From positions 77,872,001 to 77,936,000 of the forward strand of contig NC_043003.1 in NCBI RefSeq assembly GCF_006345805.1: a DNA stretch of 64,000 nt, given 5' to 3'. Numbering within the stretch: the first letter of the stretch is position 1; the number at the start of each line of letters is the position of its first letter. This DNA comes from Octopus sinensis (lineage: Eukaryota). Below the pieces are notes generated by a model. The model worked only from the letters and a program-made list of their open reading frames with translations, had not been told where the DNA came from and made no database searches. The translations under genes were made by a program, and so were the position numbers. Shown piece after piece: positions 42,321 to 53,920 of this stretch.

Positions 42321-42708
42321 ACTGGAAGCACTCCGTCGTTTACGACGACGAGTGTTCCGGTTAATCCGAATCAATGGAACAGCCTGCTCGTGAAATTAAC
42401 GTGTAAGTGGCTGAGCATTCCACGGACACGTGTACCCTTAACGTAGTTCTCAGGGATATTCAGCGTGACACAGAGAGTGACAAGGCCGGCCCTTTGAAAT
42501 ACAAGGTACAACAGAAACAGGAAGTAAGAGTGAGAGAAAGTTGTGGTGAAAGAGTACAGCAGGGATCACCACTATCCCCTGCCGGAGCCTCGTGGAGCTT
42601 TAGGTGTTTTCGCTCAATAAACACTCACAACGCCCGGTCTGGGAATCGAAACTGCGATCCTATGACCGCGAGTCCGCTGCCCTAACCACTGGGCCATTGC
42701 GCCTCCAC
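42321..42708 (-). mobile_element. CORE-type SINE (24295 family)
   Basis: Reverse complement of the head and tail of 24295-24632. Confidence 0.7.
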
Positions 42709-42985
42709 CAAGCCTCATGCATTCAATGGACGAATATATCATTTTATATTTTTCTTGTTTTAGTCATTAGACTGCGACCATGCTGGGACGACGCCTTGAA
42801 GAATCTTAGTTGAACAAATCGACCTCAATGTTCATTATTTTTGGTAAAGGTTGGTACTTTTTCGATTGTTTGATTGGTCCTTTTTGCAGAACTGCTAGGT
42901 TACAGGGACGTAGACACATAAACACAGGTTGTCAGGCGGTGGATGAGTATACATATATATAATATAATATATATATATATATAAT

Positions 42986-43017
<32 letters not shown>

Positions 43018-43283
43018 ATATATATATATATATAATATTATATATATATATTCCTTGGATAACACTGGTGGCGTGGAGAGGGAAGCTGGTATGCATGGGC
43101 GACTGCTGGTCTCCCATAAACAACCTTGCCGGACTTGTGTCTAGGAGGGTAACTTTCTAGGTGCAATCCCATGGTCATTCATGACCGAAGGGGGTCGTTA
43201 CCCTTTATATATTATATATATTGATAGAAATGGTAAGACAACAAAAGAATAAAGAGACCTCGATAATATGTAAATAGAGAATT

Positions 43284-43493
43284 TATCTGTAAATGTAATA
43301 TGGGACAATTTTCGGTAGCCATGATAAAACTCCGATTTTCGGATGTCGGGGTGGAAATCCCTGCTGCCATCTCTTCTTTTTTCCGATGGCCGGATAACTG
43401 AAGAGATGGCGGCGTGGATTTCCGCTCCGACATCCGAAACTCGGAGTTTTATCATGGCTACCGAATAATTGTCACATATTGCATTTACAGATA
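43284..43493. repeat. Foldback/MITE-like element, 93-bp arms, 24-nt loop
   Basis: 43284-43376 pairs with 43401-43493. TA at both ends. Confidence 0.9.
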
Positions 43494-43494
43494 T

Positions 43495-43860
43495 ATATAT
43501 ATACGAGGCCAAAGTCATGAACTCCAAGGGAGTAACAAAGACTTGCATTGGAATGACGAGCAACTCGTTCAAGGAAAGATACACACACCATCTGGTGTCA
43601 TTGAAGGACAAAAAGAAAAGACACTTAACATCCCCATCCAATATGATATGGAGATTGAAAGAAGAAACAGTAAGCAACTCCCAGATAGCATGGAGTATGC
43701 ATAAGCCATATTTTACACTCCGACATTTCAAAGAGGAACTACCACCCACTCCACCAACCCTAACGACATAGGTTTCTTTTTTTCTCTGAACGTTAAGATG
43801 AAATATATACATTATATGAACTCTACACATAGAAGACACATGCACTCGTGATAAATGCCT
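43495..43860 (+). mobile_element. Penelope GIY-YIG fragment (third PLE family)
   Basis: IYEAKVMNSKGVTKTCIGMTSNSFKERYTHHLVSL...TSPSNMIWRLKEE...IAWSM. Confidence 0.8.
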
Positions 43861-44245
43861 TCAATACACAAACATACGAACATTACACATACCCAGGATA
43901 TCACATAATATAAACACATTTATCATTCAGCACAATTTTTTCCAAAAGTTAAAGCCAAGGCAAATAATCACCAAACAGTTGTTACCTATGAATCGTCCCC
44001 CTCGATTTTTTGTTTTTGTTTACCAAAAATTCCTGCGAGACTTTATCATGAATTCCCGTGTTCTTTACTTTTTTTACGTGTTTTAATCCAAAATTGTGAT
44101 GAACACCAATTCCTCCATGTGATCGGCTTGAAAAATTGTTAAGATATTTTCTTAATATAAAACCGATGATAGCTTTAATACACAAATAAAGAATCTTTAT
44201 CCACCAATACGGTGTTGAACACTCATTGTCATTGTTCGACATTTA

Positions 44246-44280
<35 letters not shown>

Positions 44281-44398
44281 GCTGAAATGTTCTTTTAAAA
44301 TTATTTTAGCATTTTCTATTTTGACTTGTTTTTTTCATATATATATATATATATAACATATATATATATAATATATATATATATATATAATATATATA

Positions 44399-44466
<68 letters not shown>

Positions 44467-44471
44467 ATATA

Positions 44472-44635
44472 GCGTAGGAGTGGCTGTGTGGTAAGTAGCT
44501 TGCTTACCAACCACATGGTCCCGGGTTCAGTCCCACTGCGTGGCACCTTGGGCAAGTGTCTTCTACTATAGCCTCGGGCCGACCAAAGTCTTGTGAGTGG
44601 ATTTGGTAGACGGAAACTGAAAGAAGCCCGTCGTA

Positions 44636-44700
<65 letters not shown>

Positions 44701-44928
44701 GTGTGTGTGTATGTATACGTATATATATATATATGTAGGTGTGTGTTTTGTTTTTGTTTGTGTCTGAGTTTGTTCCCCCAACATCGCTTGACAACCGATG
44801 CTGGTGTGTTTACGTCCCCGTAACTTAGCGGTTCGGCAAAAGAGACCGATAAAATAAGTACTAGTCGATTTGCTCGACTAAAGCATGGCTACAGTCAAAT
44901 GACTGAAACAAGTAAAAGAGTAAAGAGT
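44472..44928 (+). mobile_element. OR-type SINE with internal microsatellite
   Basis: gcgtaggagtggctgtgtggtaag...ggttcagtccc (B box), accttgggcaagtgtct (CORE-like) and an (AAAGAGT)n tail. Confidence 0.9.
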
Positions 44929-44935
44929 AATATAA

Positions 44936-45128
44936 ATAGGGTGGGCCAAAAGTCACGCACCAAAACATTTGCCATATTATTTATATTACATGCGATATGA
45001 GTTCAAATTCCACCGCAGTCGACTTTACCTTTGATCCTTTCGGGGTCGATTCCATAAGTACAAGTTGATGTAATCGAGTATCCCCCACCCACAAATTTCA
45101 GGCCTTGTGCTTATAGTTGAAAGAATTA

Positions 45129-45166
<38 letters not shown>

Positions 45167-45265
45167 TCAACACACGGCTATGATTCTCCCCCACTACTTC
45201 TGCTTGTGGTCAGAGATGCATATATCGTCAGCCACTAAAAGACATAGTCAACTGGGTTTTTATTA

Positions 45266-45297
<32 letters not shown>

Positions 45298-45980
45298 GAG
45301 TGAGAGAGCAGTTCATACCATCAAAATGACACTGGGGTAAAATATACGAAGCCCAATATACCCATCATGACTACCCGTCTGATAAAGGTACACCAGGCAC
45401 ATGCATCACAACCATATGTGCGCGACATGGTGATCTCATATCAAGATAACAGCACATGACCTTGCAGGTGGGGCCCAGTTAGAATTTTCTTCAGGTTGAG
45501 TAGCCCATCCCGCTGAAAAGGTCCCTGAATAAGGGTTGTTTAAGGATGTTGAAAGAACCACCCATGTTTCCAGAGGTGAATTATTCAAACCCCAAAGAAT
45601 CCCTCTCAACACATGGCTATGATGCTCCCCCACTACTTCTGCTCGTGATCAGAGATGCACATATCGTCAGCCACTAAGGGACATGCTCAACTGGTTATGG
45701 TCCAACAACTGACAAGCAAATATGTGGTATTGAGCAGAATATTTGCTGTAGCCCATCTTTTATACCAAGACAAAACAATGTACATGATAACACTTCCAAT
45801 CAGTTAAGATCAGAAGCCATGAGAGCCACTGCCTGTACTGCATCAGGGCATTTGTGGTATTGAGCAGAATATTTACTGTAGCCCATCTTTTATACCAAGA
45901 CAAACACTGTACATGATAACACTTCCAATCAGTTAAGATCAGAAGCCATGAGAGTCACTGCCTGGTACTGCATCAGGGCA

Positions 45981-46019
<39 letters not shown>

Positions 46020-46216
46020 TATTATTATTATTTATATTTTATTATTATCATCATAATTATTATTACTATCATTTTGTTCATCATGTGCAATACGTGTGTA
46101 TTCATCATCGTTTTATTTATTTTATTCAATTTCAGAAAAATTGAAGCACGTCTTTGACAATTCCTGGGGGTATTGAGCTGATTTGATTTTTTGCGTGTCT
46201 TTTGGCCCACCCTGTA
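44936..46216. mobile_element. Tc1/mariner-type MITE carrying nested SINE and repeat insertions
   Basis: TIRs (t)agggtgggccaaaag.cacgca and tgcgtgtcttttggcccaccctg + TA. Confidence 0.6.
45296..45983 (+). repeat. Unclassified (ATT)-flanked dispersed element with a 130-bp tandem duplication at its end
   Basis: Matches 15132-15590. 45724-45852 is duplicated at 45853-45983. Confidence 0.85.
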
Positions 46217-46855
46217 TAGTTATTACACATACACCAACCGCCATACCCTTACTTACCTATGCCACGGTAACTCCACACTTACGCACTTTTAAATACATAC
46301 ATACAATGCTTCTAGTCACAGAAGCTTGTATCTCTATACCCAACCTTCCCTCCTTGCTTAATTTCTCCATAGAACAGGCATCATCAGATTGTTTCTAACC
46401 ATTTGCCTGTTATTTCTCACTTACCCACCCCACCCTCACCACCTTAGTATTCCTCTTTTCTCACTCCTGCTATGCTTCTTTCTTTCTCCTGAAGAAGGAC
46501 TTTCGATCAAAACGTTAAGCTAATAACATTCCTTAAACCTTATTTTTCCCGTATTCACCTGTTTTATACTTCATTACATTTACAATATATGTACGCGTGT
46601 GTGTATTCGTTTACATTATAAATGTGTGTGTGTGTGTTTGTTTACACTATATGTGTGTGTGTGTTTGTTTACACTATATATGTGTGTTTACACTATATAT
46701 GTGTGTTTATTTATACTATAGGTATGTGTGAGTAGGTAAACCACTTTTGGTGTAAAAAAAAGCCTTATACATACATATATACAGACGACACACACACACA
46801 CACATATACAGACACAAAATATAAATGCATTATATATGTGCGCATAATATGTGGT

Positions 46856-46900
<45 letters not shown>

Positions 46901-47445
46901 AAAAAAGCAACAAGAATGTATTTAAAATATCGGTACAATTGTTTCGTACGAGGACATCTTTAATAAGCTACAAAAAATGCAAGTAAATATAGATGGCTCC
47001 TAGTTAAGGACCATATTCATGTGAATTCATTACAACTCCTTGAATCTCAATTACTTAAACCGAATATATATATATATATATATAATATATATATTATACT
47101 ATATACATATCTATGCATATGACGAGTTTTAATACACACACACACACTAATAAATCCCCATATGCATGCTAAGAGTGCAATACTAAACGATGACTTGCAG
47201 CAGATTCGAACACAGATACGCTACAGTTCTATATTTAAGAGATGAGGAATTATGTATATTATTTACATTATTTACATTTGGCGTGGTGGTTAAGAGCGCG
47301 AGCTACTAACCCCAAGATTCCGAGTTCGATTCCAGGCAGTGACCTGAATAATAATAATTATTATTATTATTATCATTATTATTATTAATAGAAATATTAA
47401 TATTACTAAGTCTCTATAAAAGAGATTACGGCAGCGTTTACTGGA

Positions 47446-47670
47446 AATTAATTGTTATCGCCATATTAATATGGCATTTTATAGATATAAGAATAATCGC
47501 TGCCGCTGGTCAGCTCCATGAGGCCACCGCCATCAAGATAGCTATTATAATGGATACAGATCGTGTATCAATAGCTATCTTGATGGCGGTGGCCTCATGG
47601 AGCTGACCAGCGGCAGCGATTATTCTATATCTATAAGAATGCCATATTAATATGGCGATAACAATTAATT
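47446..47670. repeat. Foldback element, 101-bp arms, 23-nt loop
   Basis: 47446-47546 pairs with 47570-47670. Each arm contains the perfect palindrome GCCATATTAATATGGC. Confidence 0.95.
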
Positions 47671-47745
47671 ATTATTATTATTATTATTATTATAACAACA
47701 ACAACATCGAAAAATACTTTAGGAATGAGAACCCAGGTTCCCCAA

Positions 47746-47791
47746 GACACCTGATGAAGGCTGGAGGGTATATCAGCCGAAACGTTGTGTT
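47746..47791 (+). ncRNA. Minimal type-I hammerhead ribozyme
   Basis: GACAC-CTGATGA-A-GGCTG(gagggtatat)CAGCC-GAAAC-GTT^GTGTT. Stem I GACAC/GTGTT, stem II GGCTG/CAGCC, palindromic stem III ACGT. Predicted cleavage after 47786. Confidence 0.8.
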
Positions 47792-47880
47792 AACAACAAA
47801 CAAGATGAGGACGAATATCCTTCAAATGTGAATAATGTACAAATCACGTTTTTTTGTTTTTGTTTTTTTTTTCGTCACAG

Positions 47881-48121
47881 GCGAACTGCTTCTCCTTACG
47901 GTGTCTATGTGTTCATAACACATTCGATTCATTAGTGCTAGCGATTCCGGAACATTGGTGTTTCGACATGTTGTGTCTTATCATCCAGAAAGAAGCACAC
48001 GGGCCAATAAATCTAACCAGAAATGATGGCCTTTATAATTTCAGTGAAACGTTAAACATCACCGAACTGATGATTAATCGTCACGGCGGGATTCAGAACG
48101 ATACCGTGTATATTTATTCAG
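47881..48121 (+). CDS. Candidate host exon, extracellular and possibly Ig C-type
   Basis: Strong T-rich acceptor ...ttcgtcacag at 47880, an open frame, and donor G|gtaac at 48121. Peptide has NLT, NFS, NIT and NDT sequons and TRNDGLYNFSETLNIT. No partner exon found. Confidence 0.3.
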
Positions 48122-48362
48122 GTAACAGTGATTTGCGTTCGAATCTACCGGAAGGTATTAGGAATAAATAAGCAAGTTATCCTATGTACATATGTGTGTG
48201 TGTGTGTGTGTGTGTGAGTGTGTAATAGGTAAAATTAATAATGAAAGAAAATGGAGAGTTAAAGATGTATTGTTAATATGTATTAACTATACATCTTCAT
48301 ATATGTATATACACATATATATGTGTGTGTGTGATATATGTATGTATGTATGTATATGTATT

Positions 48363-48393
<31 letters not shown>

Positions 48394-48493
48394 GTATGTA
48401 TATGTATATGTGTGTATATACATATATATATGTATATAATATAGTGTGTGTATATATGTGTGTATATATATATATATATTATATATATATATA

Positions 48494-49985
48494 TTCCCTG
48501 ACCCTACCTCCCAAACGCCTCGTTCCCCTGCTCCCGCCCACGTTGCCGCACTTGCCCTTACCTCTCCAACACCACCCGCCTCACTAGCACCCACCATCGA
48601 CCCTATCCATCATCCACTCCTTCACCTGCACTCCAGCAATATTATCTATTGCATCTCTTGCTCTCTCTGCAATTCCTTGTACATCGGACAAACGGGACGC
48701 CGCTTGGCTGACCGGTTCGCGGAACACCTTCATGACATCCACCTTGCGAACGACACACCGGTCTCACGCCATTTCCGCTCCACCGGTCACTCCTTGCAAC
48801 ACCTATCTGTGTTCGGTTTGTCCTTACACAGAGGCCATCCGGATTCCCGTTTGCGCCGTGAACAGGAATTAATCTTCTCTTCTTCGTCTTATACGCCATT
48901 TGGTCTCAACTCTCCCCCCCTCCTCATCTAACCCCCCTCCTCCCCCCTCCTCACCTATCCTTTCCCCCCGACCCCTACTTCTTCAGTCCTTCATCCTTTC
49001 ACCCCTACTCCCCTCCTTCTTCCCTCTTTCCCTCCCCCTCCCTCTCTCCCTCTCCTTCTCTCTCCACCACTCCCTTCTCTCTCCACCACTCCCCCCTCTC
49101 CTCCCCCCCCCCCCCCCCCCCCCTCCCCCCCTCCCCCCCTTTCCTCCCCCTCCTCTCTCTCCCCCTATCCTCTTCCTCCCCTCCTCTCCCCCTCCTTCCC
49201 TCCCCCCTCTCTCTCTCCCCCCTCTCCTCCCCCTCTTCCCCTCCCCTTCTCTCCCCCCTCTTCTCCCCCTCCCCCTCTTCTCCTCACTACACCACACGAC
49301 TTTACACATCACATCATATATGATGTGCCATACTAATACATACACCAACTAATACATACTAATACGTACTAATACATACTAATACATACTAATACATACA
49401 CCAACCCTATACATACACACGTCCAGACCCTCATACGCACTTATACTCTCTCATACACACACAACACACACTTATACATACTAATACGTACTAATACATA
49501 CTAATACATACACCAACCCATACATACGCACGTCCAGACCAATCCTACGCACTAATACTCTCTCATACACACACACACACACACACACCACAACACACCC
49601 TTATACATACTAATACATACACCAACCCTATACATACACACGTCCAGACCCCTCCTACGCACTATAGCTGGTCCTTCAACCCTATTATCAACCCTATATC
49701 AACCCTATTATCTCCCCTTATTTCGCTCTCGCGTCTCATGTTTGATCTTTGACCTCTGGCCGAAATCAGATCGCCATGTTGATTCGTTAGCTACTGCACG
49801 CATTTTTTCTCTCCTTCTTTCTGTGTTTTTTTTCTCTCCGTGTTTCTTTCTGTGTATCTTTCTGTTGAAGAGCGTAGGCTCGAACGTTAAAGACTTGTTT
49901 ATTTATATTTCCTGAGCGCCATACTAATACAATTGTTCGTTTGTTTTACCTGCCTCGTCTTTGTCTATTTTCATAAAGCTTCCCG

Positions 49986-49990
<5 letters not shown>
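48494..49990 (+). mobile_element. Penelope 3' portion (GIY-YIG, C-rich UTR with ~125-bp tandem repeats, hammerhead variant)
   Basis: SSNIIYCISCSLCNSLYIGQTGRRLADRFAEHLHDI...PVSRHF...GH...RLRREQELIF...PFGLN. Confidence 0.92.
49857..49893 (+). ncRNA. Variant minimal hammerhead motif (CUGUUGA core; one A of GAAA missing)
   Basis: TCTTT-CTGTTGA-A-GAG(CGTAGG)CTC-GAAC-GTT-AAAGA. Stem I has 5 bp and stem II 3 bp. Confidence 0.6.
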
Positions 49991-50018
<28 letters not shown>

Positions 50019-51127
50019 TTTTCTTTTTTCTTTGCATCTTATTTAAGATCTTCTTAAGAGAATTCAAGCCGGTCGCTATCAAAACGACAAGACTCTTTTT
50101 AGTTAAGAGAGCTCTCGCTATTTATAAAAATACCCAAGGTACCCCGAATGGTGTGGCTGAGAAATAACCTTCTAACCACACACCCACGCTTGCGTCATAT
50201 ATATATATATATATACGGCGAGTTTCTTCCTGTTTCAGTCTACCAAATCCACACAAAGTATTGGTTAGTCCGGGTCTATAGTAGATGACTCTTGCATACA
50301 CTGCTGTACAGTAGGACAGAACCTGAGACCTCATGGTCTAATCGAATTCCACTTTTGGGATAGTATCTTACGAATACATGTTCTTCTGAATGAGCACACT
50401 CTAAGCAAGATGGCATCCGTGCACGAGAATAATAAATTAAGCAGGGAAGTATAATCTGACACGCTTAATCCTTGATAAGCTGATTACATTTAATAGCCAT
50501 TCAGTCAATGTTAGCAGTAAGGTGAGGACGAATGCTCAAGTTCTTAGATCACTGAATGATACGATTAGTTTCACAACTATGAGACACTACAGAAGATTGG
50601 TACACGTGTAACCCTAGAAAGACGATATACTCCGATAGAATATGTTGTGTTAGTGAGGAGAGCAATGATCAGGATGAACCACTGAAGTGTATCTGAGCTA
50701 AAGAAAATTTCGCCGTCAGGTACAAATTAAGACGTATCCCCAATAATCTCTATCATTCATGTAGACACGTCACTTCATCTAAAAGTCAGTCTCAATTTTA
50801 TGACATATCACTGTACCTAAAAGACAGTAACAGATGAGATAATATATATATTAGCGATAGAGGCAGTATCAATACAGAGAGATAATATTTATCCCCGCTT
50901 AAATGTGGAATCTCTGTGAGAACAAACTATACTGAGGTACATACCATGAAAAAACTCTCTTATTGGCTTCTGGTGCAAAACGAGATTATAATTCTGCTTT
51001 AAATATGATCACAACTCAGAAACAAATAGAGCTAGCAAGCGGGCAACATGGTGGAGAAAGAAGGGAGGTCATATATACGGTGTTCGGGCGTAAAAGGAAA
51101 AGAAAACACAAAATCCCATCTAAATAG

Positions 51128-51518
51128 ACGCAGGAGTGGCTGTGTGGTAAGTAGCTTGTTTACCAACCACATGGTTCCGGGTTCAGTCCCACTGCGTGGC
51201 ATCTTGGGCAAGTGTCTTCTGCTATAGCCCCGGGCCGACCAATGCTTTGTGAGTGGATTTGGCAGATGGAAACTGAAAGAAGCCTGTCGAATATATATAT
51301 ATGTATGTGTGTGTTTGTCCCCCTAGCATTGCTTGACAACCGATGCTGGTGTGTTTACGTCCCCGTCGCTTAGCGGTTCGGCAAAAGAGACCGATAGAAT
51401 AAGTACTGGGCTTACAAAGAATAAGTCCTGGGGTCGATTTGCTCAACTAAAGGCGGTGCTCCAGCATGGCCACAGTCAAATGACTGAAACAAGTAAAAGA
51501 GTAAAGAGTAAAAGAGTA
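51128..51518 (+). mobile_element. OR-type SINE
   Basis: Full-length family match. Confidence 0.9.
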
Positions 51519-51529
51519 AATATAAAAGT

Positions 51530-51945
51530 GTTTTAACTAAGCAGAAACTATCGACTAAATTATGACTGAGAGATAACAGTTTATTCAAAGTAGCCGCCAT
51601 CAGAAGACAGCTCCAGAATATGGCACATGCTTCCCTCACTGTGTTCTTGAGAAGATCTTCGAACACCTCCTTTGATCTTGGCCACCAGCTCGGCCTTGGT
51701 GTTGCAGGCAGTGCGATGGATGTCCTTCTCAACCGCTCCTCACACATAGTTATCTATGGGTTTACTGTTGGGGGAATTAGGAGGCCAGAAATTGAGGTTG
51801 GTGAAGTTGTACAAATTCTCCGATAACCACTTCTGACTCTTTCCGAAGGTATAACAAGAAGCCGAATCCTACTGGCCTTCCAGCAGTTTCCATCTCCAAG
51901 AACTATTAGACCACAATCCCTAGCAGTTTCACATAGCCATCTAAA
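51530..51945 (-). mobile_element. Tc1/mariner (maT/DD37D-like) transposase C-terminal fragment
   Basis: NFWPPNSPNSKPIDNYV*GAVEKDIHRTACNTKAELVAKI..EVFEDL.K.TVREAC...DGGYFE. Confidence 0.7.
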
Positions 51946-51959
51946 TTGAGCCTAAGGCC

Positions 51960-52216
51960 CTGTTTAAATGCGCTCTTTTAAAGCCTAGCCAGGCTCATGG
52001 GCCCGGTTTCCCGGTTTCAATGGCGTATGTGTTCCCCAGCTGGATGGGACGCCAGTCCATCGCAGCGTTACTCATTTTTGCCAGCTGAGTGGACTGGAGC
52101 AACGTGAAATGAAGTGTTTTGCTCAAGAACACAACGCGTTGCCCGGTCCAGGAATCAAAACCACAATCTTATGATCATGACGCTGACACTCTAACCACTA
52201 AGCCACGCGCCTCCAC
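51960..52216 (-). mobile_element. tRNA-derived CORE-type SINE
   Basis: Reverse-complement tRNA-like head and ttgctcaagaacacaac CORE-like segment. Confidence 0.7.
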
Positions 52217-52665
52217 GGTGGTGAGAAATAAACAACTATATTTTTAATATTTCATCACAATTATTTAATAGGAAAGAATCTACCGATAGCTCTTTTATTA
52301 AGTACTGAGTACAAAAAAATGTACATTATTGACTAAGAAATAAAGTGAATCATATAATGAGAAGCTTGTGCCTGACGACTACGCCTCACCACAGTTTTCA
52401 CAAACCCCACCCGTGGGGCATATGACCCACACGTTGGGAATCACTGTACTACATGAATTAATGTGGTCTAGAAACGACCTGGAGTAAAAGATAGATGGGA
52501 GTGTTATAGTTTGATCGTCTTTTGATCATGTCTGCTCGATGACTGATCGTGAGACAAATGAATGACTAAAACACTCCAGATTTCCTTCTTATATAGACTT
52601 TAGGACATTAATTTCAATAACATTCTATCCTCTAAAAGAAATATTACACCATTTTTAGTAATGAA

Positions 52666-53091
52666 CTAGCAGTATAGCTCGGCGTTGTTCGGGTTTGTTT
52701 CTTAGTTTCGCTTAAAACGGCAGACTTTGATTGTCGCGTTAACAAAGTTTTGACATAGTTTCAATCTTTTTTTGAAAAGTAAAAATTTTGCATTAGGTAG
52801 CTTGTTATTCTCTTTAAATGAACATTTTTATGGTTGAAATACACCGAAAAATGGCAACACAGCAGTTAAAATATCGTAAAAAATAGGGATTTTCATAGAA
52901 AAAAAGCACCTTTTTTATGTAAATAATTTTTGGTCTTAACATAGTCCGATTTGAATGAAGAGCAAACCTTCTTCTATCATACTCTCAATTTTGGTCAACT
53001 TGTGCTGCAGGGTCTTGGAGGAGATAGTGTTAGTTGAAGGCTACCAAACCTGCCACACACACACAGACAACTTCAACTTTATATGTATAGA
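52666..53091 (-). mobile_element. Non-autonomous Helitron (relative of 33246-33621)
   Basis: 5' A|TCTATACATATAAAG and 3' CCCGAACAACGCCGAGCTATACTGCTAG|T. Confidence 0.8.
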
Positions 53092-53329
53092 TTACTCTTA
53101 CCTTCTTGTTCCAAATCCCAACTTTAATATTTATCATTCAAGAGACGATAGAATCAAAGTACCAGTCAAATAATAGAATCTATATAATCGACCATACAAC
53201 TTCCTTGAAAAACGTTGCATTGTGTCTCTCCCCCACATACCCTTCTTTCCATACCCTGTTTTATGTAATCCCTTACACAAATTGCAACCTATTTTAGTAA
53301 TGCACCTGATATGATGACCCTGTGACAAA

Positions 53330-53920
53330 TAAAGAAATTTTCTTCCGTCTTCACGTTCTGAGTTCATATTCCACCGAGGTCGACTTTGCCTTTCGTCCTT
53401 TTTGGGGTCGATAAATTAAGTACCAGTTGAGTACTGGAGTCGGTGTAATCGACTATCCCCGTCCCCCAAATTTCAGAGTTCGTACTATAATAGAAAAGAT
53501 TATTATTGTGAGCTGGCAGAATCGTTAGCACGCCAGGCGAAATGCTTAGCGACATTTCGTCTGCCGCTACGTTCTATGTTCAATTTCTTCCGAGGTCGAC
53601 TTTGTCTTTCATCCTTTCAGAGTTGATTAAATAAGTACCAGTTATGAAATCGACTAGCCCACTCCCCATAAATTTCAAGCCTTGTACCTATAGCAGAAAT
53701 GATTATTGTTATTATTATCCGTTAGCACGCCGGACAAAATGCTGAGTGGCATCTCACCCGTCTTTACGTTCTGAGTTCAATTTCCACCAAGGTTGACTTT
53801 ACCTGTCGTCCTTCTGGGGTCGATAAAATAAGTACCAGTTGAGCACTGGGGTTGATGTAATCGACAAACACTCTCCCCAACAAAAATGTCAGGCCTTGTG
53901 TCTATAGCAGAAAAGTTTAT
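53330..53920 (+). mobile_element. Three stacked OK-type SINEs
   Basis: Core repeated at ~53375, ~53590 and ~53785. Confidence 0.85.

Larger units (their letters stand above)
47222..47841 (+). mobile_element. tRNA-headed SINE-like element with hammerhead ribozyme and inverted 3'-end copy
   Basis: tRNA-like head 47281-47340 (GTGGTTAAGAGCGCG...GAGTTCGATTCC), then (TAA)n and a hammerhead at 47746-47791. 47262-47280 is the reverse complement of 47823-47841. Confidence 0.7.

Noticed and set aside
47281-47345. tRNA gene
   Set aside because: No closing acceptor stem; it runs into (TAA)n. It is a SINE head, as are the other tRNA-like heads in the window.
50340-51110. GPCR TM1-like (minus) or LRR-like (plus) peptide
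   Set aside because: Short resemblances on opposite strands with many stops; likely chance.
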